From Kiritimatiellia bacterium (GTDB lineage: Bacteria > Verrucomicrobiota > Kiritimatiellia > CAIKKV01), in NCBI GenBank assembly GCA_044346855.1, contig JBIIYJ010000003.1, positions 1-63,796 on the forward strand: a stretch of 63,796 bases of DNA, in the 5' to 3' direction. The notes beneath the pieces are model-generated. The model saw only the letters and a list, made by a program, of their open reading frames with translations, was not told where the DNA came from and did no database searches. A program made the translations under genes and the position numbers. How positions within the stretch are numbered: position 1 is the first letter of the stretch; each line of letters begins with the position of its first letter. Shown here one piece after another: positions 35,460 through 48,578 of the stretch.

Positions 35460-37601
35460 ATGGAACAAAGCCAGCCTCAAACTCAAGCCGGAACGGCCCA
35501 TTTCTGGGATTACTGGCAGGTCATCCGTTCGCGCAAAGAGATCGTCATCGCGATTTTTCTCTTTATCGTGATCGTCGGTGCGGTCGTGACCTTTTACCTG
35601 CCGAAAACCTACATGGCGAGCACGCGGATCCTGGTCAACCGCGAGACTCCGACCGTGGAGGGCATGAAGCAGCAGGGCGTCAACGTCGCCTATGATCCGT
35701 TCTTCCTGCGCACGCAGTTCGAGATCATCCAGTCGAAGCCGATCATTTACGAGGTGGTTCGGAACCTCCGGTTGCAGGAGCACTTCGGCCGGATCTACAG
35801 CGACGACGGCAAGCCCGTCTCGTCCGGCAAGGCGTACGAACTGGTGACCAAGAGCATGAAGGTGCACCAGTACCGGGACACCAACATGATCGAGATCCAG
35901 ATTGAGCGCAGCACGTTCCGCTCGACGGCGCAGGAGGCCCGCTCGGACGCCTCGCGCATCGCCAATGAAATCGCCTCGGTTTACCGCGACCAGCGCATGA
36001 AGATCAACCGGGCCGAGAAGGAGAAAGGGCTTCTGGCCCTGCGCGAGGCCTTCCGCGAGAAGCAGAAGCGGGTCCAGGACCTTGAGGATCGGCTTGAGAC
36101 GATGCGGCGCGAGATGAACATCAACATGGCCGGCAGCAGCGGCGCCGAGGCGGGGCATATCGACAAGGCCCGGATCTCGCAGCTGGAAGCCGACCGCCTC
36201 GCCTCCCAGAACCGGATGCTGGACCGGCAGACGCGGCTGGAGGCGCTGGACAAGCTGGAAGGGGAGCAGCTTCTCTATGCGGCGGCCAACCTGACGGGCG
36301 ACCCGATGTTGACCACCCTGCGCCAGCAGCTTTCCGAAAACCAGGTGGCGCTGAGCCAGATCCAGGGCGCGCTGGGCGCGAAGCATCCCGATGTGCTGCG
36401 GATGGAGACCGTGGTCAGCAACCTGAACCGCAAGCTGGGCGAAACGCTGATCGGGATGAAGGTGGGGCTCCAGACCGAATTCGAGATTTCGAAGCGCGAA
36501 CTGGAGCTGATCGATAAGAACCTGGTCCAGCTGCGGGCCAGCGATATCAGCGCGGAGACGGAAAAGTATCTGCCGTTCCGCAAGATCGAGCACGAACTGT
36601 CGGCGCAGCGCGAAATCCGCGACTCGCTGGAGATGCTGGTGGTGAAGGAGGAGATCGACCTCCAGCTGCCCCGCACCCCCGTCGAGGTGATCGAGATGGC
36701 GGAAGAACCCGACCTGCCGATCGCCCCGGACATGCGGCTTAACATTCTTCTCAGCGTGCTGCTGGGCATGGGCGTGGGCATAGGCCTGGCCTTCTTCATG
36801 GAATACCTCGACACCTCGGTCAAGACCGTGCAGGACATCGAGGACTTCATCGGAGCCCCCATCCTGGGCGTGATTCCCCAGAAGGTCCGCCCCCTTAACA
36901 ACGAAAAGGGCGACGTCTCCCACGCCGAAGCCTACCGGGTGCTGAAGACCAACCTCCAGTTTTCCAAGAAATGGGCCCATGGCAAGGTGCTCTGCGGCGC
37001 CAGCGGCGGGGCGGGCGAGGGCAAGTCGCTCTCGCTCTTCAACCTCTCGTTCGTGTTCGCCCAGCTTGGAAGCCGGGTGCTGCTGATCGATGCCGACATC
37101 CGCCGGCCGACCCAGCACAAGATGGTGGGGCTGTCCAACCGCGTGGGGCTGGCCGACGTGCTGCTGGGGCGCATGAAGCCTCAGGACGTCATCATGCCCA
37201 CCTCCATGGAAAACCTCTTCTTCCTGCCCAGCGGGCGGGCGCTGGCGGGCATGCACGGCATCGTGGATTCCCCGCGCATCCGCGCGTTGCTCGACTCGGT
37301 GAAGGGGGACTACGACTACGTTTTCCTGGACTCCCCGCCGATCCTCGGCGTGAGCGACGCCGCGGTCCTTTGCAGCGAGGCGGACGGCACGCTGCTGGTG
37401 ATCGAGCACCGGAGCTATCCGCGGGACGTGGCCGCCCGGGCGCGGAGCATGATTCAGAACGTGGGCGGCAACCTGGTGGGCGTGGTGTTGAACAACATCA
37501 ACATCCACCGCGACTATTATTACTATTACCACTACGTGGGTAGCTATGCGTACAAGCCCGAGCCGGCCGAAGCGGCTCCCGGTTCTTCGCGGAAGAGTTG
37601 A
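35460..37601 (+). CDS. Polysaccharide co-polymerase / BY-kinase (Wzc/GumC/EpsG-like tyrosine autokinase)
   Basis: N-terminal Wzz-type TM and coiled coil. Walker A GGAGEGKS, A' LLIDADIRRP and B YVFLDSPP. Tyr cluster HRDYYYYYHYVGSYAY at the C-terminus. Confidence 0.85.
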   Translation: MEQSQPQTQAGTAHFWDYWQVIRSRKEIVIAIFLFIVIVGAVVTFYLPKTYMASTRILVNRETPTVEGMKQQGVNVAYDPFFLRTQFEIIQSKPIIYEVVRNLRLQEHFGRIYSDDGKPVSSGKAYELVTKSMKVHQYRDTNMIEIQIERSTFRSTAQEARSDASRIANEIASVYRDQRMKINRAEKEKGLLALREAFREKQKRVQDLEDRLETMRREMNINMAGSSGAEAGHIDKARISQLEADRLASQNRMLDRQTRLEALDKLEGEQLLYAAANLTGDPMLTTLRQQLSENQVALSQIQGALGAKHPDVLRMETVVSNLNRKLGETLIGMKVGLQTEFEISKRELELIDKNLVQLRASDISAETEKYLPFRKIEHELSAQREIRDSLEMLVVKEEIDLQLPRTPVEVIEMAEEPDLPIAPDMRLNILLSVLLGMGVGIGLAFFMEYLDTSVKTVQDIEDFIGAPILGVIPQKVRPLNNEKGDVSHAEAYRVLKTNLQFSKKWAHGKVLCGASGGAGEGKSLSLFNLSFVFAQLGSRVLLIDADIRRPTQHKMVGLSNRVGLADVLLGRMKPQDVIMPTSMENLFFLPSGRALAGMHGIVDSPRIRALLDSVKGDYDYVFLDSPPILGVSDAAVLCSEADGTLLVIEHRSYPRDVAARARSMIQNVGGNLVGVVLNNINIHRDYYYYYHYVGSYAYKPEPAEAAPGSSRKS

Positions 37602-37607
37602 GGATTG

Positions 37608-38306
37608 ATGAACGGACGTTTCAGTCGAACCGCCGGCTTGCTGCTGGCCGTCTTGGCGCTTGCGGGCTGCACCAGCCTGCCCCGCCGGGCCGATCCTGTG
37701 GCGCCTTACAAGCCCGGCGTTGAGTCGCTCGATGTGGAGGGCGCGGAAGGAGGGGCGGCCCCGCTCGTCCAGCAGCCTTCCCCCGATGTGCCCCAGCCGC
37801 CCGGCGTCCTGCCGATGGGGGAGCCGATCATGCGGCCGCTTCTTCCCGGCGACCGCCTCGTGATCACGCTCCGGGTTTATCCGAAAACGGAGAATTTCGA
37901 GAGCGTCATCGATGAGAACGGCACCATCAATCTGGACCTCGTGGGCCGAGTCAAGGTCGCCGGCAAGTCGGCCGCCGAGGCCGAAAAGGCCATTGAACGC
38001 GCCTATATCGACGGCCAGTTCTACAAGACCGTCACCGCCTCGATCATACCCCCGGTGCGGGAGTTCTTCGTCAAGGGCTACGTGATCCGCCCGGGCAACT
38101 ATCCGATCAGCCGATCCAAGATGACCGTTCTCCAGGCGCTGACCATGGCGGGGGGTTGGAACGAATTCGCCGATCCGACCAAGGTGCGCCTGGTCCGGGG
38201 CGAGGAAGTGATGATCCTCAACATTCCCCGGATCCAGGCCCGTTCGGATACCGACGTGTTCATCGAGCCCGGCGACGTGATTGATGTGCCCAAGCGCTGG
38301 ATGTAG
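37608..38306 (+). CDS. Polysaccharide export lipoprotein (Wza/Poly_export plus SLBB-like)
   Basis: Lipobox LALAGC. GDRLVITL...IDENGTINLDLVGRVKVAGKS...PGNYPI match the Poly_export pattern. Confidence 0.75.
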   Translation: MNGRFSRTAGLLLAVLALAGCTSLPRRADPVAPYKPGVESLDVEGAEGGAAPLVQQPSPDVPQPPGVLPMGEPIMRPLLPGDRLVITLRVYPKTENFESVIDENGTINLDLVGRVKVAGKSAAEAEKAIERAYIDGQFYKTVTASIIPPVREFFVKGYVIRPGNYPISRSKMTVLQALTMAGGWNEFADPTKVRLVRGEEVMILNIPRIQARSDTDVFIEPGDVIDVPKRWM

Positions 38307-38308
38307 GC

Positions 38309-38337
38309 TTGACCGAAGCTGGTTGAAATCATACTAT
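38309..38337 (+). promoter_or_regulatory. Sigma70-like promoter TTGACC-N17-TACTAT
   Basis: ttgacc at 38309-38314 and tactat at 38332-38337. It lies 24 nt upstream of ATG 38361. Confidence 0.4.
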
Positions 38338-38360
38338 AGAGACGAAAGAGGAGACCGCAC

Positions 38361-38993
38361 ATGACTATGAAAATGACGTTTTTCGCGGTATTGGCTACTT
38401 GCAGCATCGGGCTGTGCCAGGCGTGGGGCGAGGTTGCTAACCCCGAGCCTCCGGTGAGTTCCGAACTGGCCGCCGCGCAGGAGCAGGCCAAGGCCGCATT
38501 CGATGAAGCTACGGACTGGGCCTCCAAGGCGGCCGAACTGGCGGCTCAGGGGCATGCGCAGATGAAGGCCCTCGATGACGAAATCGCCCGGCTGGAAGCG
38601 GAAATCAAGAAGCTGGAAAGCGATAATCAGGCGGACACGCTGCCCATGCTTCGCATCATGCTGAAGAACCTCAAGGACGCCAAGCTGCACGCGACCCCGT
38701 ACCTGACCAATCTGGATGCGGCCGCCTCCGCCGCCGCCGCCGCCGCGGCCGCCGCCCAGGAAGCGCTGAAGAGCCTGACCAACGCCCTCACCCCGGAACA
38801 GATCAGGGACTTTCTTGCCCTTGCCCGGGTTCAGGCCGGAAACGCCAAGGCCGGCCATAACACCGCCAACAGCAACCTGAACTCCTTCTTCAGCTCGATC
38901 AAGCAGGACGGTTTTACCAGTATGCTGATCTCGAGCGGAAGCCTCCTGAACACCGGCACCACGCCCACCCCCGTCGGACAAGGGCGCCGGTAA
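38361..38993 (+). CDS. Exported coiled-coil protein with a poly-Ala tract
   Basis: Signal peptide MTMKMTFFAVLATCSIGLCQAWG, an AAAGAGGAGA SD, heptad-like helices, and AAASAAAAAAAAA encoded by a (GCC)n run at 38717-38755. Confidence 0.5.
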   Translation: MTMKMTFFAVLATCSIGLCQAWGEVANPEPPVSSELAAAQEQAKAAFDEATDWASKAAELAAQGHAQMKALDDEIARLEAEIKKLESDNQADTLPMLRIMLKNLKDAKLHATPYLTNLDAAASAAAAAAAAAQEALKSLTNALTPEQIRDFLALARVQAGNAKAGHNTANSNLNSFFSSIKQDGFTSMLISSGSLLNTGTTPTPVGQGRR

Positions 38994-38999
38994 TCCGCG

Positions 39000-39659
39000 G
39001 TGAGGACGCTGCCCAAGCACAGGGAAATTGTCGATCAGGTTAGGATGATTCTGGGTGTTTTGGGCGTCTACCTGATCATATTCGGAGCGGTTGCAGCCGT
39101 CTGGTCAATCCGTTCCACGATTGCCCAGTTCGAGTATGCCGCCATCCTGAACAAGCCGGCCGACCCAGGCGTCAAGCTGGACCGGGCAAGGCGGTCATTC
39201 CGGTTTTACTCCAAGAATTACTCCCTCTGCATCCGGGCCGCCAAAATCGCGTTCACGGAAGCCGAAGCCGCCCGCACCCCTGAGGACACCGATTCGCATA
39301 TGAGACTGGCCGACTATTGGGTTTCGAGGGGGCTCGAACTGAATCCCTGGCTGATCGAACTGCGCCATATGAAGGCCAAGCTCCTGGCCCGGCAGGTGTC
39401 CCCCGAGGCCGGCATGCGGTCCTGGCAGGAATATGTGGACTGGCATTTCTGGGATCCCCGCAATTTGGAGGTCCTGGCCAAGTTCCAGGAGGAGGCGGGG
39501 TTCTACAAGGAAGCCGTGGAGACCTTGACGTGGCTGGAAGACCAGCCCGCCGCCGCGGCTTGGAAGAGGCGGTTGAAGGCCGCCCTTGAGGAAGCGGCCC
39601 GGCAGCAGTTGTCAACGCCCGCCGTTACTCCGGCTGAATCTGGGGCGGCCCGGCCTTAA
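39000..39659 (+). CDS. Membrane-anchored helical-repeat (TPR-like) protein
   Basis: GTG start in the track; an alternative ATG is at 39045. One TM segment (ILGVLGVYLIIFGAVAAVW) is followed by helical repeats. Confidence 0.4.
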   Translation: MRTLPKHREIVDQVRMILGVLGVYLIIFGAVAAVWSIRSTIAQFEYAAILNKPADPGVKLDRARRSFRFYSKNYSLCIRAAKIAFTEAEAARTPEDTDSHMRLADYWVSRGLELNPWLIELRHMKAKLLARQVSPEAGMRSWQEYVDWHFWDPRNLEVLAKFQEEAGFYKEAVETLTWLEDQPAAAAWKRRLKAALEEAARQQLSTPAVTPAESGAARP

Positions 39660-39852
39660 GGTCGGCTTCCACCACTCGCTTCATGATATCGGACACCTGG
39701 GAAAGTCCCGTCGAGGGGATGATGATGGTGTCTCTCCGCCCCCCCACATCCTCAGTGACCCGGAGAAAGCGGCCCCGGGGATTCTCGCGCAGGGAAAAGG
39801 AAAATGTCTTGCGTTCGACCTGGACCTGCTCGGTGAACAATTCGGTATCCAT
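39625..39852 (-). CDS. Bacterial Pur-alpha-like (DUF3276-type) nucleic-acid-binding protein
   Basis: ATG 39852 follows a GGGGAGGGG SD. ELFTEQVQVERKTFSFSLRENPRGRFLRVTEDVGGRRDTIIIPSTGL matches the PUR-repeat pattern. Confidence 0.55.
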   Translation of the reverse strand: MDTELFTEQVQVERKTFSFSLRENPRGRFLRVTEDVGGRRDTIIIPSTGLSQVSDIMKRVVEADLKAGPPQIQPE

Positions 39853-40025
39853 GCAACCCCTCCCCTTCACGGTCTTATCATCAGCTTATAGAGATAATGC
39901 AGAGAGAGCTGGGATTTGTCAATGGGAGAAAAATAGTTTCCCGAGCTCGGCTTTACCAGGCAGGCGTTCTCCGTCCCGGGCTGTTCCGCATTGCAAGGAA
40001 GGCGGAGCTGGTGTTAAATAAGCGG

Positions 40026-42865
<2,840 letters not shown>

Positions 42866-42869
<4 letters not shown>

Positions 42870-45406
42870 ACGAACGGACAACAACGAGGCGGCCCGGGGG
42901 ATGGCTCAGGCTGGCTTCCTGGCTGCTGCTGGCGGGTGTTCTTTCCGCGGCGGCCGCGGACACCGGTCCGGCCGCGCTTTCGCGCGGAGGGCGCGCCGCC
43001 CTGGAGGACGGGCAGTACGAGCTGGCGGCCAAGCTCTTCCGCCAGTGGCTCGATTCGGCGCCCGCCGGCTCGCCGGCATCCGTTGAGGCGCGGCTGGGGC
43101 TGGCGCGGGCCGCGTTCGGCCTGAAGCAGTATTCCGGTATGCTGGAGGCGCTGCCGGCCGCAGGGGCCCCCCGGCGGGGCCAGCCCCTGGCCGCCGCCTA
43201 CCGCTACCAGCGCGCCCTGGCCCTGCACGCCCTGGAGTCGAACGACGAGGCGCTGGCGGAGCTGGACGATCCCGACCTGGCGGCGGACACGGGGCCGCTG
43301 GCGGTGGACGCCCTGCGGCTGCGGGCGTGGATCCTGCTCCGGCAGACCCGGTGGCCCGAGGCGGACCGGGCCTTTGCCGCCTGGGAGGCGGCCCCCGGGT
43401 CCGCCGGCGCCCGCGGCACCAACGTCCTCGAGTGGGCCGACGCCCTGATGGCCGCCGGCCGCCCCGGCAGCGCGGAGCCCGTGCTCAAGCGGCTGCTGGA
43501 AAGCGGGCCGCCGCCGGAACTGGAGTGGGCGGCCCGGCTCAGGCTGGCCCGCTCGCTGGCCGAGCAGGGCCATTTCAAGGCCGTGGAGCTGGAGACGGAC
43601 CGGCTCGTGGCCACCGGCGCGCCGGACCGGATCCGCCTGGACGCCTGGCTTCTGCGCGCGGAGATGGAGACGGCTCTCACAAACGGCCCGGCCGCCTGCG
43701 AGGCCGCCTCCAACGCGGTCGCCCTGGCCCGGGGACCGGCGGAGCAGCGCCGCGCGCAGACGGCGCTGGGCCGCCTGCTGCTGAAGCAGGGCGCCGTGAA
43801 GGAGGGCGCCGAGCGGCTCCAGTCCATCATCGCGGCGGATCCGGGCGACCCCCAGGCGCCCGTCCTCCAGCTGGTCCTCGCGCGTGCGTTCCTTGATTCG
43901 GGACAACCCGCCGAGGCGGAGCTCAACTACCGCTATTACCTGGAGAGCTTCACCAACGCCGAGGGCGTGGTCGAGGCCCTGGACGGGCGGTCCTGGGCGC
44001 TGGTCGCCCTGGCCCGCTACGCCGAGGCGGCGGCGGGCTTCGAGAAGGCGGCGGGGCTGGCCGCCCAGCCCGCCCGGCGCGACCGCCTTCTCTACAAGGC
44101 GGGCGACGCCTATTTCGCCGACCGGCACTACCAGCTGGCGGGCGAGCGCTACCGGGCCGTCCTCGAGTCGAAGGCCGACCCCGCCCTGGCCCGCGAGGCG
44201 CGGTTCCAGTCCGCCGAAACCCTGGCCCGGCTGGGCCGGGCGCCGGAGGCGCTGGCCGAGCTGACGGCCATCGAGCGCGAGGAGCCGGCGGAGCTGGGCG
44301 AGCGGGCGGCGCTGCGGATCGCGGAGCTGCACCAGGATGCGGGCGCGCTGGAAGAGGCCCGGAAGGCCTACGACCGCTTTCTCGCCGTCTACACCTCCAG
44401 CGTCAAGACCGCCTCGGCGCTCTACAGCCGCGGCCTGGCGTCCTACCAGACGTACGTGTTCGAGCCGGCCCTGGCGGATTTCGACGCGGTGCTGGCCCGC
44501 TTTCCCGGCAGCCCGCTGGCGGAGAACGCGGACTACATGCGCGTCTGCACGGCGTTCCAGCTCTACACCGACGGCCGGGCCGAGGCGATGGCCCGCGCGT
44601 TCCTGAAATCCCGCCCCGCTTCCGTCTGGGCTCCCCAGGTCAAATTCCGGGAGGCGGAGTCCGCCTTCAACCGCGGCGGCTACGAGGAGGCGGAGACGAA
44701 TTTCCTGGCCGTGGCCGAAGGCTGGCCCCAGGACCGGCTGGCGGGCGACGCGCTGTTCTGGGCGGCCCGGGCGGCCTCGGCGCGGCGGCAGTACAAGCGG
44801 GCGATCGAGATCGACACCCGGCTGGCGAAGGACTTCCCGGACCATCCCAAGGTCGGCGAGGCGCTGTTCTACCAGGCCGAGGCGCTGGTGAAGCTGGCCG
44901 ACTATGCCGGCGCCATCGCGCTGTTCGACGAGGTGATCCGGCGGCAGCCCGATTCCTTCCTGGCTTTCGCGGCGCGGGCCCAGCGGGGAGAATGCCAGTT
45001 CACGCTGGGCGCGGACGACCCCGCCCGGCTCGAGGAGGCGATCCGGACCTACACGGAGCTGGCGGCCGACGCGAAGGCGCCGTTCGAGGTGCGGCTCCAG
45101 GCCTCCTATAAGATCGGGCGCGGCCTGCAGAAGCAGGGCAAGCCGGACGAGGCCTTCGAGCAGTATTACACGAAGGTGATCCTGGTTTTCATCGAGGCGC
45201 GGCAGGCGGGCGAGCCGGTGAACGAGTCGAGCACGGCCTGGTTCACCTCCGCGGCGTTTGACGCGGCCGCCATCCTCGAGGGGCGGGGGCGGTGGCGGCA
45301 GGCGGTGCGCCTCTACCAGCGGGTGGTGGACTCGGGCGTGGCGGCGGCGGACGACGCCCGGCGGCAGATCGAAACGATCCAGCGCGAGCACTGGCGGTTT
45401 TTCTGA
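42866..45406 (+). CDS. Large exported TPR-repeat protein preceding exbB-exbD
   Basis: The ATG overlaps the uvrA stop. Signal-peptide-like N-terminus followed by many TPR-like Ala/Leu/Arg-rich repeats. Confidence 0.7.
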
Positions 45407-45422
45407 AAGCGAGGATGCGGTC

Positions 45423-46049
45423 ATGATGCAAGTGTTGCTGCAGGGCGGGCCCCTGGTGTGGGTGCTTCTGGCGGTCGGGTCGGTCGGGCTCCTGGTCTTC
45501 CTGGAGCGCCTTCTCCATCTGCACCGGGCCAGGATCCGGTCCGAGGATTTCCTTCAGGGCCTGTTCCGGAATCTGGAATACGGCCACGTGGAGGAAAGCC
45601 TGAAGGTGTGCGAGGAGACCCCGGGTCCGGTGGCCTATCTGGCCAAGACGGCCATCCAGCACAGGGACAACGATCCCGCGGCCTTCAAGCGGGCCATGGA
45701 CAACGGCGGGCGCGTGGAGATTTCGCGGATGGAGCGGCGGCTCCTGATCCTGGCGACCGTGGCGCAGCTGGCCCCGCTGCTGGGCCTGCTCGGCACGGTG
45801 CTGGGGCTTGTCCGGGCGCTGCTGGTCATGCGCCAGCAGGGGCCCCTGGTCCAGTTCGCGGACCTTTCGGGCTGGCTCATGCAGGCGCTGGTGACCACGG
45901 CGCTCGGGCTGATGGTGGCCATTCCGGCCTACGGCGGCTATAATTTCCTGATCAACAAGGTCGAGAAGATCGTGCTGGACATGGAGCGGTCGGCCTCGGA
46001 CATCACCGCCTTCTTCCAGGCCCAGCGCGCCAAGAGGGGAACACCGTGA
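45423..46049 (+). CDS. exbB: MotA/TolQ/ExbB proton-channel protein
   Basis: Three TM segments and the conserved LGLLGTVLGL...A segment. Confidence 0.85.
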   Translation: MMQVLLQGGPLVWVLLAVGSVGLLVFLERLLHLHRARIRSEDFLQGLFRNLEYGHVEESLKVCEETPGPVAYLAKTAIQHRDNDPAAFKRAMDNGGRVEISRMERRLLILATVAQLAPLLGLLGTVLGLVRALLVMRQQGPLVQFADLSGWLMQALVTTALGLMVAIPAYGGYNFLINKVEKIVLDMERSASDITAFFQAQRAKRGTP

Positions 46050-46552
46050 GCGATTCCGCCTACCAGTGGAAGGTCCGCTCGTTCGAGTCCTACCACCCCC
46101 AGAACCGGCTCAACCGCAGCCTGGTCCTGGTGGCGCCGTGGGTGGATGCGGCCATCCTGCTGGTGTTTTTCCTGCTGCTCACCTCCCGCTTCGTGCTGCA
46201 GCCGGGCATCCGCATCCGGCTTCCCGAGGCGCCCTTCAACGCGGGCGCCTCGCCCTACGGCCTGATGGCGGTGGTGGTGGTGCAGGAGGGGGCGGACGGC
46301 CAGGGCGAGGAGGAGATCCTGTATTTCGACGACGCGCGCTACGTGCTGAGCCAGCCCGAGGCCATTGATAAACTCAAGGCGGCGCTGAGCCGGGCCGCGC
46401 ATGACCGGCCCTCCCAGCCCCTGATCCTGGAGGCCGACCGGCTTCTGCGCCACGGGACCCTGGTGTCGCTGATCAACCAGGCCTCGGCGGCGGGCATCGC
46501 CGAGGTCTACGTCGCGTCGCGGCCGTCCGTCTCCGGGGGGGAGGAGCCGTGA
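46046..46552 (+). CDS. exbD: ExbD/TolR biopolymer transport protein
   Basis: The GTG start overlaps the exbB stop. One N-terminal TM segment is followed by the ExbD-type periplasmic domain (LILEADRLLRHGTLVSLIN). Confidence 0.75.
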   Translation: MSDSAYQWKVRSFESYHPQNRLNRSLVLVAPWVDAAILLVFFLLLTSRFVLQPGIRIRLPEAPFNAGASPYGLMAVVVVQEGADGQGEEEILYFDDARYVLSQPEAIDKLKAALSRAAHDRPSQPLILEADRLLRHGTLVSLINQASAAGIAEVYVASRPSVSGGEEP

Positions 46553-47271
46553 TGGCCTCCTTCCAGGACAGGCGGGCGGGCCGGGATTTTCTCGTTTCGG
46601 GGGCGGGCATCCTGGTCCTTGCCGCGCTCATGGTGCTGATCGCCGTCTGGTACGTCAAACCCCGCCCCGCCGTCCCGCTGCCGCCGGCGCGCTGCCGGGT
46701 CACGATCATCCCGCCGGACATGGCGCGCGTGGCCCTGGCGCCGATCCATTTTTCGCTTCCGTCCAGGATCGGCTTCAGCCGCACGGTCCACCCCGGGCAG
46801 CCCCGGCTGGCAACCCCGCTGAGTCCGAGGCCGGAGGATGTGCGGTATCTGCCGCGCGAGCCGAAGCCGGAATCGCCGCCGCCCGCGGCGGAGCGGCCGG
46901 CCCTGCCGCTGTTCAAACCGTGGCGGGAGGAGACGCCTGTCTTCGTCCCGATTGCGGGGCCGGCGGCCGGAACGGTGACGATCGAGCCGCTGGAAGGGCC
47001 GGAGGTGGTGCTGCCGGCCGGGTTTTCCGCCTCGGAAAAACTGGCCGGTTCGGGGTCCTGGTCGGTTGTGGCGCGACTGGCGGCGGGGGCGGACGGGCGG
47101 GTGGAGCATGTGTTCCTGATGCCGCCGGTCCCGGCTCCGGCCGTGGCCGCGCGCGTGGTGGGAGTCTTGCGGCAGGCGCGCCTGGCGGAGTCCGGCGGCC
47201 GGGAGGCCCGGGTGAGGATCGGCCGGCTGGATAGCGGGACCGGCGGGAACAGGGAAGGAACGAAGCCTTGA
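46552..47271 (+). CDS. TonB-like energy transducer (membrane anchor, Pro-rich spacer, divergent C-terminal domain)
   Basis: TM segment GAGILVLAALMVLIAVW, a Pro-rich middle region, and C-terminal SVVARLAAGADGRVEHVFLMPP...VVGVLRQARL resembling TonB_C. Confidence 0.5.
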   Translation: MASFQDRRAGRDFLVSGAGILVLAALMVLIAVWYVKPRPAVPLPPARCRVTIIPPDMARVALAPIHFSLPSRIGFSRTVHPGQPRLATPLSPRPEDVRYLPREPKPESPPPAAERPALPLFKPWREETPVFVPIAGPAAGTVTIEPLEGPEVVLPAGFSASEKLAGSGSWSVVARLAAGADGRVEHVFLMPPVPAPAVAARVVGVLRQARLAESGGREARVRIGRLDSGTGGNREGTKP

Positions 47272-48578
47272 AGAACACGATCGATATTCTGGCCTGGCGG
47301 CCCGGCGAGAAGGGCGGCCGCGTGGACGCGTTTTTGCGGCGGCCCGCCGTGGATTCCGGGGCGGAGAAGGCGGCGGCCGAGGTGCTGGCCGACATCCGCG
47401 GGCGGGGCAATGCCGCCGTCCGCCACTGGATGGGGAAGTTCGAGAAAGCGGACCTGCAGCCCGGCCAGTGGCGGGTTTCCGCGGCCGAGCTGGCCGCCTC
47501 CGCAAAAGGGACCGACGCCGCGTTCCGGCGGGCGGCGGCGGAGGCGCACCGGCGCATCCGCGCCTTCGCCCGGGCCGGGCTCCGGAAGAACTGGACGCTG
47601 AACGACGGCCGGGGCGCCCGGCTGGGCGAGCGGTTCGTGCCCTATGACCGGGTCGGCGTCTACGTGCCCGGCGGGGCGGCCCCGCTCGCGTCCACGGTGC
47701 TGATGACCGTGACGCTAGCGAAGGCGGCCGGCGTGAAGGAGATCGCCGTCTGCACCCCCGCGGACGCGCAGGGCCGGGTCAACCCCTACGTCCTCCACGC
47801 CCTGAAGCTCGCGGGCGCCACCGAGATCTACCGCGTGGGCGGCATCCAGGCGATCGGGCTCATGGCGTACGGGACGGAAACGATCCCCCGGGTCCAGAAG
47901 ATCGTGGGCCCCGGCGGGGCGTTTGTGACGGCCGCCAAGAAGCTGGTCTACGGCGACGTGGCGCTCGATTCCGTGGCCGGGCCCAGCGAGATCGCCGTGC
48001 TGGCCGACGCGTCCGCCGACCCCGCGTTCGCGGCCGCGGACCTGCTCTCCCAGGCGGAGCACGGCACGGGGCACGAGAAGGCGCTGCTGGTGACCCCGTC
48101 CCGCCCCCTGGCCGAAAAGGTGCGGCGGGAGCTGCTGGACCAGGCGGCCCGGCTGGGGCGGCGCGAGGCCGTGTCCGAGGTCATGCGGCGCGGCGGCATT
48201 TTGTTCGCGGTGACCGCGTCCCTGGCGGACGGCGTGGCGCTGTGCAACGCCTTCGCGCCCGAGCACCTGGAGCTGATGGTCCTGAAACCGGAACGGCTGC
48301 TGCCGCTTATCACCCGGGCCGGCGCCGTCTTCCTCGGGCCCTGGACGCCCGAGTGCGTGGGCGATTACGCCGCCGGGCCCAGCCACGTGCTGCCCACGGG
48401 GGGCACGGCCGCCCTGTTCTCGGGGCTCACGGTGAACGACTTTGTCCGGCGCATCAGCGTGGTGAAATACTCGAAGGCCGCGCTGAAGCGGGCCTGGCCC
48501 ATCATCGAGGCGTTCGGCCGGGTGGAAGGATTGGACGCGCACGCCGCGTCCGGGAAGGTGAGGCTCGCGAAGAGATGA
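47268..48578 (+). CDS. hisD: Histidinol dehydrogenase
   Basis: GPSEIAVLAD...LLSQAEHG...APEHLEL...GDYAAGPSHVLPT. The TTG start overlaps the upstream stop, and the N-terminal length fits HisD. Confidence 0.9.
   Translation: MKNTIDILAWRPGEKGGRVDAFLRRPAVDSGAEKAAAEVLADIRGRGNAAVRHWMGKFEKADLQPGQWRVSAAELAASAKGTDAAFRRAAAEAHRRIRAFARAGLRKNWTLNDGRGARLGERFVPYDRVGVYVPGGAAPLASTVLMTVTLAKAAGVKEIAVCTPADAQGRVNPYVLHALKLAGATEIYRVGGIQAIGLMAYGTETIPRVQKIVGPGGAFVTAAKKLVYGDVALDSVAGPSEIAVLADASADPAFAAADLLSQAEHGTGHEKALLVTPSRPLAEKVRRELLDQAARLGRREAVSEVMRRGGILFAVTASLADGVALCNAFAPEHLELMVLKPERLLPLITRAGAVFLGPWTPECVGDYAAGPSHVLPTGGTAALFSGLTVNDFVRRISVVKYSKAALKRAWPIIEAFGRVEGLDAHAASGKVRLAKR

Noticed and set aside
39853-40025. An SOS/LexA operator upstream of uvrA.
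   Set aside because: I found only a partial TGTTC-N4-TTGCA. There is no complete CTGT-N8-ACAG, GAAC-N4-GTTC or TGTTC-N4-GAACA palindrome.
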